From Trichoplax sp. H2 (lineage: Eukaryota): DNA of 64,000 bases. The translations under genes and the position numbers were made by a program. The DNA lies in NCBI GenBank assembly GCA_003344405.1, contig NOWV01000002.1:1550001-1614000 (forward strand). Direction: 5' to 3'. Below the pieces are notes generated by a model. The model saw only the letters and a program-made list of their open reading frames with translations, ran no database searches and was not told the origin of the DNA. Below, piece by piece: positions 52,081-64,000 of this stretch (its first letter is position 1; every line of letters begins with the position of its first letter).

Positions 52081-54535
52081 ACTATTATTGAAATCAACAC
52101 CATTAAGTTCGCAACTTTGCATGCAGTCTTGATATTGAAACATCGTATTATAAAATTCGAATTATAGCTGCCTTTACAATAATTGCATAAAATTTGGAGC
52201 ACCGATACATAGTGCAGTTTATAATTGAATACTAATATAAAATCTCTATCGATATACTTCGAGTATACGTCCTATGTACTCAGTGATTATCCATCTTGTA
52301 TGGAGTAAAGGAAAATTTTATACAAACTAGCAGAATTACACGTATTGCGTCCCAACAAGATTTATCAGTTCCTTCTTGCATTTCTACGATAAAAACGATT
52401 ACCTTTAAATGTTCGAAAACACCTAGAATGATTTGCAATGCAATACGGCCAGCTAGTTGGGAATACGTCAATAATGAATCAAAACAGTCTTAACAGTTAA
52501 TCTTCCGTATCAAAATCAAGCATGCTTCTGTGTATTATGCGCAGTACAGTAATGTAACCTACAGCATCTACCGATATATATTATTAATTACAACAGATCA
52601 TTAATTAAATTTAATGCATTTTTGTCGTTAATGAAATTAAAATAAACATAATCAGTTCTTTAGCACAAATTTAACGCTGAGCTAAGTATGTTGTTAGAAT
52701 CTCATTTGTATTCATAAAATCATCCGACGTTAATTGGTAAGTATGATTACATTAAGAATTCATTATCAAAGTTAAGTACGGGTAGGTTTATATTTAAAGA
52801 GTCATAAAGCACGAGCCTGAATTCTATTTGGTAAAGCGGGCACCTCTACAGTAAAATCCTGGTTGCCGTCAAAGAAAATCTACAATATACTAGAAATTTT
52901 TGGACGATAAAAAGATTGCACATATATTAATTAGTCATTGTGTAGATCTTTTCAAAGTTAAATCACATTTAAGTAAATTAATTGGGAACTATCGAGCTTT
53001 TTTAAATGGATTATTTTGGATAGGCAGTAAAATTTATGGAGTTTACAAGCAGTAACATAGAGTAGTTAAGAATTTAACATCACATTGTAAGCAATATATA
53101 ACATACAAAAATTTAACATTCTGTTTCAAAAAATTGGTCGTGAATTATCATCAATCAGTTAGGTCATAGCAAATAAATTTACATTAATATTATATCTTTT
53201 CCTTACAAGAGTAGGGTTAATTTTTATCTATTTTAATGAAGTGATTGATCTTTACAGCAGTGTTCAAGTATAAAATAATTATAGAAGTCTATTACCGTTA
53301 TATTAGATTTTTTTATTATAAATTGCATCTAAAGATTGTATTTAGCGTTACTACCGTTGTATAGTATATATATGACCACAAAGACCAATACGTGTGTAAT
53401 AAGCAGTTTTACTACATACAGTATGCAATGCATAACGACGGAAACTAATTTGTTTATAAAGAATGTAGATTCTACCAATTTTAATTATTTATTTCCTCCG
53501 CAATGATTAGTTAAAGCAGATGTTACAGAAATCAGAGATGTTGTGCACTTGGAATAAAGAAATTGAATTTACGGTTGGTATGAATAATTGACCATTACAA
53601 AATAAGAATATGCATATATGTGCTATTATTGCAAAGGAGTAATGGCCATTTACGGATGCATGTCATGGAGACATATGTTCAGCTTTCAAAAATTTTATCA
53701 ATATACCAAAATATTCAATTTTAGCTGTAACAATTCGAAATAAGGATTTCTAATCTTTACGAGAATTTGAAAACTTTTAGCTCCTTTCATAAACATTCCA
53801 ATTCCCTTTAATAAGAATTTATAAAAAAATAAACAGTGAAAGAGGGCGACAGCCAACTCAATCCAGGTTCTTAACAAATCGTCTATGCAAAATCGTAGAA
53901 TGCTTCCAGTTTAAAATCTAAAATATGGAATAGGAGCAGACAATGTCCTCGCAAACTATTTTGATTTGAATCGGTTTCAAGTTTAATAAATGATTGATCC
54001 ATTTTCGGCTGAAATCTCGATCAAATATCATGATAATTTATAATAAAGCACAGACATATAAAATCAATAACTACTTAGTAAGATTCATGATTGGGATAGA
54101 AAAAGGAAGTTGACTGCCTGCCTGATCGATCAAATGTATGACGGCGATTAGTATCTAATAATATCATATTACAATTATTCACCCCAAATAACATATGGCA
54201 TTCAGTAGTGAACATTGAGAACGTAATTAGCAAATTAAGTGAACTATTATTAACCAAATTAATATAATATTACGCATGTGTAAAAGCACGATGATAACTA
54301 CCACCGACAATATAAATATTCCGCTTGTGGAAACAAATTTCAGTTCGCGTGTAAATAATTCAAGCCCGAAAACGATAGTTAGTTCCATCGAAAATCGTGA
54401 TAAATCTTATTGTCGAACCAAAGCCTTTAATTAATATAAAAAATCGTACCCTACATACGAAAATTTGAAAGTCTCTACCGAAGCTATATCGTAATTATTG
54501 CGTAAACCATAGTTATTATTCTCTTCAATTTAAAC

Positions 54536-55609
54536 ATGTTCTATTCACTTTATCAAGGAAATAACACGGCAAGAGCGACGGCGTGGATTATCGGTATGTT
54601 AGGCTTAATTGGAAACGGTTGCATAATTATTTATTCTCGAAAAAAGAATTTATTGAAAGTCAGTAATAAAGGACTAAGTACTCGTTCTAGACAAGCGACC
54701 CGTAAATCATCAGTCATATGCAATTATCTAATTTTTAATTTAGCCATTGCCGATTTGTTAGGCGATCTTTATTTAACTATAATTGTATCAGCCGATACAT
54801 ATTATGGAATTAATTATCCAGTAATTTATCAGACTATCAATCCTGTTAATGAAACAAATATTTGGATCTTTCATCCATTCTGTCATATTGGTAGATTTTT
54901 TTACTTTACATCTACTATTTTGTCTATACTGATTACATTAGTTATTGCCGTTGATCGATTTGTGAGCGTCATTTTTCCCATTAGCAAATTAAAACTAAAT
55001 CTTCAAAGATGTCGAATTATTATGCTAATTTGCTGGATCTTAGCAAGTAGTTTCGGTCTATATCCCACTATTAGAGGATTTATCAACGTAAATTTATTTA
55101 CCAAGATGTTCTGGTTCCCTATTAATGCATGTCTTTATGAAGATACTGATGAACAGCTTGTTACGGACTATATCAACGCAAAATATGCAATTTTTTACAC
55201 TTGTAGTTGTTTAGTATGTCTTTGCTATATTTTTATTTTGATTCACGTAAAAACTAAAAGTAAATCTAGTAGTGCCACTCAATCTGAAGCTATTCAACGT
55301 CATATCCTTCTCATCATGATCGCCGTTACCATTTCTAATATTGGCAGCCTATTACCGTCAACGGTCATGTTTGAACTCTATAGATTAAATACTCCATTTA
55401 CTCTATATGATTATATGCTAACCGTAGGTACCATAATAACATTCGTTAATACCGCAGTTAATCCAATAATTTACATGGTTATGTCACCTTCTTTGACCAG
55501 GAAACTCTTCAAATGTTGTAAGGTTAGATTTTATATACGCAACAGAGTTAACGATGCTTCGCATTGTATAGATGAGGACAAGCCAGTGCATAATCCTCAA
55601 CAATCGTAA
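54536..55609 (+). CDS. Intronless class A GPCR with LGR/RXFP-like 7TM and no ectodomain, 357 aa
   Basis: GN in TM1, NLAIADLLG, W...FC, IAVDRF, VNPIIY; 7 hydrophobic helices. Confidence 0.93.
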   Translation: MFYSLYQGNNTARATAWIIGMLGLIGNGCIIIYSRKKNLLKVSNKGLSTRSRQATRKSSVICNYLIFNLAIADLLGDLYLTIIVSADTYYGINYPVIYQTINPVNETNIWIFHPFCHIGRFFYFTSTILSILITLVIAVDRFVSVIFPISKLKLNLQRCRIIMLICWILASSFGLYPTIRGFINVNLFTKMFWFPINACLYEDTDEQLVTDYINAKYAIFYTCSCLVCLCYIFILIHVKTKSKSSSATQSEAIQRHILLIMIAVTISNIGSLLPSTVMFELYRLNTPFTLYDYMLTVGTIITFVNTAVNPIIYMVMSPSLTRKLFKCCKVRFYIRNRVNDASHCIDEDKPVHNPQQS

Positions 55610-58389
55610 TCAACTGATCTAAGTAGTGACTTTAGGTATTGTACTATTATTTATTACTACTCATTAAGATTCCTGTATACTTGATATTAAAATATGCTGT
55701 GGTGTACAGCTTAGTCTACTATATTTAATTCCTGTTGGTTATCATTAGAATGTCTCCTCTGTCTCATTTAAAGGGTTAACGATTAAATATATGACGTATT
55801 TGAAATCAATTCAAATACACCAAGCACTTATCATTACGTTAATAATATTCTAGCTACCTTACATTTAATACTAATATATCTTCATCTAAAACTACTAGGA
55901 CTTGCAATCATTCAAAGTTTCGCTAGTTTATGATACCTTAAATGGTGACAAAAGCATATATAATGCAAAATTGTAGAGTACTAGGTATAATAAAGATTAC
56001 TTTTATTTGAACCGGACTTGATCTAATGCAACTGATGTTAAATAAATCAATATGTAACTGCTTGAAACTATAATAAACTCTAACTTATAAGAAACTTAAT
56101 ATTCACGCCACTGTGTTGTTACAGTTTATAATTTTACTGTGGATGGGTTTGTATTTTTTTCAACGTAATCTTGAGGCCTTTCCTCAGTAGCAACTATAGA
56201 CTTAAGCAGTTAGTGTATTATTTCTAACCTTTGCATTTGTATCATTTTGTAGTAAACTGACGTAGAAAAGACATTAGAGCTAATTAGAGAAGTTATGTAG
56301 GTGTGAAAGTTTGTGTCAGTTCGTGAACTTTCTCTCCAGCTATTCACTATATGCGTATCAGATATTCTATTGGCACGGTCTAACCAACATATTAATTAAA
56401 TATTAGGCAGGTATTAATGCGTACTTTATTGTTAAGAAAAGTATTAGACTAATTAAAGTGAAGAGTAATCGGTAACTTTAGATTAATTAAATGATGTAAT
56501 ATTAGCCTTGTAACTCTACCTCAACATGCTAAAAATAATCACTCGTTTTAAAGCTAATGGAATTAAAAAGTGAAATCGATATCGTAAGCGAGATTTAATT
56601 ATCGTATATCAATTTAATAGAAGCTACTTTTAAAAAATATTTAACTGCTCACGTTAAACAGCACTGAATACCGTAAGTTATGTCGACTCGTAATTTCAGT
56701 ACTTACACGTGGTGATAAGATAGCTTGCGATCAGTTTTTATGCTTACTATAAATTTACGTCAAATACAATGTCATAGTGAAAAATTTAATATACTATGTC
56801 AAGAGTCAATCTCTATTACTCAGAATACAGATAAAGCAATAATTGCTTTATCTTTGCTTGAAGGGTATAATTATTAGATGTAAAAGACGTTCTCGTTCTG
56901 TTGTTTGAATATTATTTTCTATTATAATTAATTAGCGAATACAAGTTACTTATTATTCTCAAGTTAAAAGTAATTAATAGAATAGGATTGTGAAGTTAAA
57001 TTTAAATAACAATCGTTCGAACTTCAGGCTTCGAGTATATTTTGGGAATTAAGTACGGATACTTTATTTCAGAGACGGGAAAGACCATAGAAATTATTAG
57101 CACTGCTTACTGAACATATAGAATAAGTATTTAAATTTTATGCTATAAATTCTGACATAGAGAATAATGAAATAGTGAAAGAAGCAAAGATAAAAATTTT
57201 ATTGAAAGACTGTATACATAAATAGGAAAATTTGATCTTCTTTTTTAAGATCTGCTGTAGTAGGAAGTTTTCCTAGTCTTTCAGAGCTTTTTGTATTATT
57301 ACATAGTATCTTGACGATAGAGAATCGGTAACAAAATCTGATATTATAGAATTACTTGTGTGATTTACATTATTATTACAGTTAGTAGAACAGCTTTTGT
57401 GACAATGACGGAAAGAATAGATATGCTTTATACAAACTCTGCCTATTCCAATATTCGTTTCCTCAATAAACAAAGTATTACGAGTGAGTAAACAGTAACA
57501 TGTAAGGGCAAAATCTCTCTTTGTATTGATAGGCTACTGTAATGCTGTGAGTTTAGTACTTGAGTTAAATTCTTAATTAAGTATAGAATTATTAATATGC
57601 ACTACCGTAGGCTATAGCACTTGCGTAGTTTAATGCGATTAGTTGCTCGTGCCACGGCAAAATATGATAATTTAATGCCCGTGATTAACGTGTGGAAGCG
57701 TGATAATGCTACTACCATTACTAAATAGGTCATGCGCTAGGATTTATAAGCGTATGCAACAGTAGATCAGGAAATCTTCTTGTTCATAGTTTGTTGTAAA
57801 TACAGTTACAATTGGCTTTTATTGTAATAAAGCTTAATTCGAGTTTTAAATCCAGTTAAAGTAATTTATTGTACTTAAATTAAAAATGTAGTTCATGACT
57901 TTGTAAGTATCGATGCTTACAAATGTTGATGTCGCATTTTTCTCATAAATTCACCTCGTATTATTGCTTGATCTGATCAATTTACAGTCTAAATTCTCAG
58001 TACTATTGCAGCAATACACATAATTTCATTTCGATGTACAATATATCCGTCAAAATTTTTGATAAATCATAAATTTAAAGAAAATTGATTAATAAGTACC
58101 TTTATTTAATAAATACTGAAACCAACTGCTGTTTTGTATATGTACACGTATATACAATGATGTAAAAAGTTTCTGTTGAGAGAGTAATACAGTAAGGGCT
58201 GGTAAATTTATTTACTTAATGCTAGTATAATCAACATATAATTAATAGTGTATATTCCCTCTCATCTGTACTAATATTGTTCTAGTAACTATACGTTCAC
58301 TTTCAGTATTTTCATTTTGGATTGAAAATAGTAAGAGAAGCAAAAATTAAAGTTTTCTTGAAAAACTGTGCGTATAAATATAAAATTTG

Positions 58390-59030
58390 ATCTTAATCTG
58401 ATAAGGAATACTGTACTACACTGTCTTTAGGTGATGGATTGGAGCTCTGGATTTCTTGCCCAAAATCCAAACTACCATTACATAAAATAAATATTAGTCG
58501 CCATATTATTGCAGATAAGTTTATCTAAGTCAATCTACAAAATAAAATTTTCGAAAAATTTTTAGAATTTGGCAAGAAAATATTCTGAAACTCCGAAGTG
58601 TCATAAATATATAAGAGAATTGCTCAGTTTACATGGTCATGCTGGTGAAAAAACGCCACTAGTCTCAGATATTATTAATTTTACACGGTTGCTAGATCAT
58701 TAGCGAATTAAAATTACGAAAAATAAACCCATCACACTTCATAAGACTACTCATATGAAAATGTATCATATGCAGTGATTTACGAATTGTTTAAAGGTTG
58801 TTCAGTCTATGCTTTCAAAATATTCCAAACAAATTGGCGCTATTTTGTTTATTCAACACTGTTATTGACAGCAGCTTTCCGTAACTAGGTATATTTAATT
58901 ATGGCAGTCTTCATCATTCATCACCTCAATGAGAGAACAGCAAATATTATAAACTTTATGTAACCTATCACTAAAGAAAATCTTAAACGATTGCTATTGC
59001 CACTAACTATTGCTCTGTCAAGGATCATTA
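58390..59030 (+). pseudogene. GPCR remnant (TM1-TM3)
   Basis: LIRNTVLHCL*..WIGAL; CATGCTGGTGAAAAAACGCCACTAGTCTCAGATATT (HAGEKTPLV) matches CATGCTACAAGAAAAACATCTCTAGTAACCAGATATT (HATRKTSLV) of the 62894 gene; TM3-end-like LPLTIALSRII near 58990-59030; stops and frameshifts. Confidence 0.45.
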
Positions 59031-59499
59031 AAATAAAGAAATATTATCTTCAGTAATTTATAGGCCTAGAGATAAAGACATATTTGCTATAGATAATTAC
59101 TTAGTAGAATCGGTTTTTAATTAATCGGCCGGATTCAAATTTGTCCTTGTAGTTCCATAGATAGAGAAGGTCTTCTCTATTTTCCATTGCTGGATAAAAG
59201 AAAATGGTTCAGTACAAACGAATTGCATTGTATGTATATTCCTCCTACATTACTCTTAGATATTCTTCATTATAACCTTTTTTATTAACTCTGACTACTT
59301 AATTTGATATCTATTTAAATCTGCCTGGTTTTCGCAAATGTATTTTTATTTCTTTTTGAAGATTTTTTTGCAAATTTTTCGTTTAAATGAATTGAATATT
59401 TACTCTACCGTATTCAATTCATTAAATAATTAATTAATATATAATAATGAATTTAAGTTTAACTGAAATAAAGATTTCATAATGTAGAGCCAACTGCAA

Positions 59500-60295
59500 A
59501 TAAATGGTATCTCCAGTATTATCAATACTGTATAGCAATTACAGATATATTTATGATGCGTTTAAATAGCATTGGATATAATTACTGCTGTACAAAGGCA
59601 CCAGATTTTATAAGGTCTCATTATAATATAATTAATCGTATTAATAGTACAGAAAATTAATCAAATAGCATTTGGAATTCATCTGTTAAGCAATTTTGCG
59701 AAATTGTTGCATCAACACTTATCTGTAATGGTGCTCGTATTGATATATTAGCCATTGCTATTAGCCAATTTTTAGTCGTTTTTTATGAGTATGCCTTATT
59801 AAATCAAAATTAATCTCACAAACTGCTGCATTAATTTACACACATATATTTGCTCGAAAGAGCATGTAGTTTTGGTCCATACACAATTATGAAAGAGATT
59901 GTCCACAAAGAGATATTTTGTTAAGTTGTTTTGTTTTGTATTATTAAATCTCTTTATGAAAAATAGATTGTTATCAGTTCGAATGAAAATTAAAAAATCT
60001 CTTTAAGTAGGGTACGCTGTTTCTAAAAATTTATTGCATTTTTATTTTCAGCTACCAAAAACTAAAAGCAGGTTGATTAGTGTTAATAATACGCAATGGC
60101 AGGCTACTCAATATAATTTTTTGGGCAAAAATTGTAGTCCTTATTTCTAATGCCACTAGGATATTGCCATCAATGGTTGTGTGCTAGTAAAGTAAACCAT
60201 TTACCTTTCGACATAGATATACGCTAAATATTACCTGTAAAAGAACATATACATTCTAATCAATACAATACCATAGTTTATGTCATCATTCTTGA
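59500..60295 (+). pseudogene. GPCR remnant (TM2-TM7)
   Basis: FGIHLLSNFAKLLH (~59671-59712) vs WGIHPLCNIARFLY; LAIAISQFLVVF vs LLIAIERWLVVL; ISNATRILPSMV (~60143) vs ISNIGSLLPSTV; TIVYVII near 60270; frameshifted. Confidence 0.6.
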
Positions 60296-61369
60296 GCAAG
60301 TCTTTAAACGTCGTTATATAGTCTAATTTACGATAGAGATATTAATTCTTGGTTAATACTACCAGGAAAATCAGTATATAATAATTATTTACAGCGTACG
60401 ATACTATACTAACCATTGCTAGGATACTAATAAGGAATTTGTTTCAAGTTTACTCATTGTAGAAATGGATAGATTGATGAAGTAGATCTGAGATACAGAG
60501 ACTGTTCGTTTAGTATACTTTATCATCAATATATAGCAAGCAAGAAATGCTGACAACAAGTGACACACGATGCTTGCTTGGTATATAGAATACCAAAATT
60601 CTTCAATGTCGATGTAGGAACTTATTTGGGTAGGATACTCTTAAAGAATTCCACCACAGGACTCTTATTACGTGTTATAACTATAAAAAATTAAAAAATA
60701 ACGTATTAATTGCCGATGTCTACTTCCCACAGAATAGAACTGAATCGATAGAGCGCTTCGATCGTTGTGATTATATCTCAGCAAAGCATCAAATTCAAAA
60801 ATTACGTAAATTACTAACAGCCTCCAATTCCTACCTATAGGAGCTGGAATTTTCGATTTTAAAATGGCCAGTTATAATTCTTCTCCTCGCAGCTGTAAAA
60901 AAATTGTTAATGTCGCGTTGCAGCTGAGAATCTAAGTTCATGGATTCAATCGACAATCTACCATCAAGAAAACAATAACTATTCCTGCTCTATCTACAAT
61001 TATTATCCAACATTTAACGAAATTAATTAAAATTTTAATTTAGAATATACTTTTATATATCGGGCATTATATTACCACAAATGGCAACCTATTGTTTTAT
61101 ACAACAAAACTGTATTTATCTCAAAAATTTATTGAATTTTCCAGTTGCTATTGTGGCAAATACTTAAAATTCCGATAACGATATTTCTATACTGAATTAG
61201 ATATTCTAACACCAATGTACACAACTATATAGGTATATTAATAGATTAGGACATAGTAGGGACTTTGAAAGCTCACGTACACATTTCACCTTTTAACATA
61301 AGCAAGTGCATATAATGTATTCTAACTTTAACTAGAGATTATCAAGTCTAGCTTTTCGGAATATACCTC

Positions 61370-62000
61370 TGTCACAAAACAGCTTTGCAACAAGATAACG
61401 CAATATACGATCAATAAGTCAATTCCTTGAACCACGTATCAAGGAACGATATCTGCACTATCACGAACACTTTTGCTCTACTAGCAGACTACACAAAGAC
61501 TTAGACGCCTCGTATTTTACGTTAAACACTAAGTTGGAGAATTTCACTTTATTTCACGATATACTGCATTTATATACTACTCCTCAATAGTTCATGAGTC
61601 ATAGTTAATACAATTAACATTAGAATCATTTACTGAATTAGATATTAATTTTAGCTACTGCTCCCTTAATGCAGACAACAGTATTTACGAACATAGACAT
61701 GCGATGACTAATACAGAATAGTCAGATTACGATACGTACTATCACGGAACATTTCCATGATAATTTACAGTCTACCATAAGTAAATTACAATCACAATGA
61801 TTCGAACTGTAAGTAGATGATTTGCATTCCCTATTATAACTATTAATTTCAGTATGTGTATAAGTGTTACTGTCATAAAAAGTCAGTGCTATATTACAAC
61901 ACAGTATATCCAAATTAGAAGTTAACTAAATAAGGATAGTCTAATAGAATTATCCTAACATAGATATTTCTACTGTAATACAGTATATAACACTGTAACA
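61370..62000 (-). mobile_element. Solo-LTR-like element, copy 2 (631 bp)
   Basis: Near-identical to 30734-31323 apart from a ~41-bp indel near 61853-61897; TGTCACA...TGTAACA termini; flanks ACCTC / ACGTC (TSD with one mismatch). Confidence 0.85.
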
Positions 62001-62893
62001 ACGTCACTAACAATTGATACTATTTAGGCAAATAAGACGATTGGCTAATTCGACGTTCAATGATACAATACTTTCATTAACAATGCTTTCGAGTAATTCG
62101 ATATATAAGCTGCCATGATTTATAACGTTTTTTTATAACAGTAAAAGTAAGCTTTTGTTTAAAATAGAGACAATCAGATGTACCGGATTTCTTCTTGATT
62201 AGGTAATAAGGTAATATGTTTATGTTTTCATTTAAAAATATTTTCTTACGACTAATTATGCCTTTTTATTGTTTCTATTACTCTTTCACTTGGCATTCAT
62301 TAGTAATTTAGATAGGATATACGTTCAAAGTTCAAGCCGAATTCCTGCAAAAACTGAGCTATAAAAATTTTAAAATTCACGTGATTTATCATTCAAATGA
62401 CAAGTTCAATGATTGCTATTGTGGCAATCTCAATTTATTAACTAGAAGACGAAATTTTAATTAATCATTCTTTTGGTCAAGATTACTGCTGGAACAGGAT
62501 TTGGCTAAGTCATTGACCGATCAATGACTCAAGAAAAATAAGATTATTACAGCAAACTATGTTTTGTTAGCGAAATCAATTTATTGAATTTATCGTTACA
62601 ATTAATCGCTATCCTATTCTTATTTTGGCTATTCAAAGATAGGTTTTGTTAAGAATTTTACGTTAGTATTTATTATTACCTTCTATTAGCGTAAACTGTA
62701 CTTTATCAATTATTTATCTGTAGATATTAATAAAATATATAGTTGATACCGTATAGCATATATAAGTACAGATGCAAATAAGTTAGTAGGAAATATATGC
62801 AAGTCATAGAGCGTAACATAAACTTGAGCAACTGAGACCTCCATATTTTATCGTAAATTTTACTAGAAAAATTTTATCATCAGTTTTTCAGCT

Positions 62894-63961
62894 ATGCCTT
62901 CATTGCTTCAGAACAATCCAGTAGCACGAATTCTCGCCTGGACTTTTGGTATTATGGGTATTTTAGGCAATCTGACTATTTTATGGCATCAACATAAATG
63001 TAAACTTCTTAAAATCAGAGCCCATAACTCCTCAAATACTCATCAGCAACATGCTACAAGAAAAACATCTCTAGTAACCAGATATTTAATCTGCAATTTG
63101 GCGATAGCCGATCTTCTCGGTTCAATTTATCTTATTATTATTGCTTCTGCTGATGTTTACTATGGCTATCATTATCCAAATGTCTTTCGAAATCCTAATC
63201 GTGGAAATGTTACGAATCCATGGTTACTTAGCCCTTTCTGCCATCTTAGTCGCTTCATATTTTTTCTTTCTTCCATTATGTCTATTGCACTAACATTTGT
63301 TATAGCCGTAGATCGTTTTATTGCCGTTATATTTCCTTACAGCAAATTTCGATTCGATCTTTACCGTTGTCGTATAATTACTACGGCATGTTGGTTTATT
63401 GTTATATGTTATGCTCTTATTCCGACCATTCGTCATCTTATATATCGCATTACGAAAGGATTTGATTCAAATTCTAATCTTTGCTTATATCGTGATGTAG
63501 TAAGAAAACATACTTTTAATTTCATACGATCCAGGCAAATTATTTATTTCATATTAACCGGAGCAATTATAGTGCTATATAATGCAATTATCATCTATGT
63601 TAAATTGAAAAGCAGTAACATGAGATCTCAATTAAACAAAGTTGAGAAAAAAATATTTCTAGTTATGCTCTTTATCACAATTTCTAATATTTTCACTTTG
63701 CTTCCTACATTTCTCGTAATGATATTCTCTAATAATCGAGAATTTAATATCTCTATCCAATCATTTCAGCTTATGCTTCCCATCTTTATATTCGCTATCT
63801 ATTTTAGTGCTGCTATCAATCCAATTATATATTTTGTATTTACTAATTCAAGTAAGTATAAGGCTATTCTATCTTCATGTTTCAAAACTCAAAAAGAGAC
63901 CACAATTCCGTTAAACACACACTGCAGTACTTTACAAAAATCAAATTTTGTGGACTCATAG
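62894..63961 (+). CDS. Intronless class A GPCR with LGR/RXFP-like 7TM and no ectodomain, 355 aa
   Basis: RILAWTFGIMGILGN, NLAIADLLG, WLLSPFC, IAVDRF, INPIIY; close paralog of 54536-55609. Confidence 0.93.
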   Translation: MPSLLQNNPVARILAWTFGIMGILGNLTILWHQHKCKLLKIRAHNSSNTHQQHATRKTSLVTRYLICNLAIADLLGSIYLIIIASADVYYGYHYPNVFRNPNRGNVTNPWLLSPFCHLSRFIFFLSSIMSIALTFVIAVDRFIAVIFPYSKFRFDLYRCRIITTACWFIVICYALIPTIRHLIYRITKGFDSNSNLCLYRDVVRKHTFNFIRSRQIIYFILTGAIIVLYNAIIIYVKLKSSNMRSQLNKVEKKIFLVMLFITISNIFTLLPTFLVMIFSNNREFNISIQSFQLMLPIFIFAIYFSAAINPIIYFVFTNSSKYKAILSSCFKTQKETTIPLNTHCSTLQKSNFVDS

Positions 63962-64000
63962 TTTTTATCAGTTAGATTTTGTCGTTTATTGCGCTAATAC

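Noticed and set aside
53600..53680. WPFTDACHG peptide as another GPCR remnant
   Set aside because: Too short, with no other collinear TM fragments.
56829..59425. Short AT-rich palindromes (56829-56853, ~59385-59425; also 3768-3798)
   Set aside because: 10-14-bp arms in very AT-rich DNA with no supporting context.
1..64000. CRISPR arrays, tRNA/rRNA genes and prokaryotic operons
   Set aside because: None seen; the repeats lack repeat-spacer organisation and the genes contain spliceosomal introns.

Overview
AT-rich eukaryotic (animal) genomic DNA with short spliceosomal introns. Composition, gene density and gene content suggest a compact early-branching animal genome such as a placozoan (inference only). 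The window holds: (1) 1-20.6 kb, four tandem minus-strand SEC14L2/3/4-type CRAL-TRIO+GOLD lipid-transfer genes (three complete with 15 coding exons, one cut by the window edge), with a MITE, an assembly gap and a degenerate tandem repeat among them; (2) 24.4-28.7 kb, an ankyrin-repeat/coiled-coil/tail-anchor gene; (3) 29.6-30.6 kb, a TMEM272-like gene next to a solo-LTR-like element whose second copy is at 61.4-62.0 kb; (4) 31.3-39.3 kb, a stretch with no recognisable gene but several hairpin-dense blocks; (5) 39.3-42.7 kb, a METTL25-family methyltransferase; (6) a small multi-pass membrane protein gene; (7) 48.9-64 kb, three intact class A GPCRs with LGR/RXFP-like 7TM domains but no ectodomain, interleaved with decayed GPCR remnants. 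The most unusual signal is a ~350-nt non-coding element upstream of two SEC14L paralogs (9034-9420, 14720-15090). Its two copies differ strongly in sequence but keep the same stems through compensatory changes, which makes it a candidate undescribed structured RNA. All exon models and base pairs were worked out by hand and need computational confirmation.
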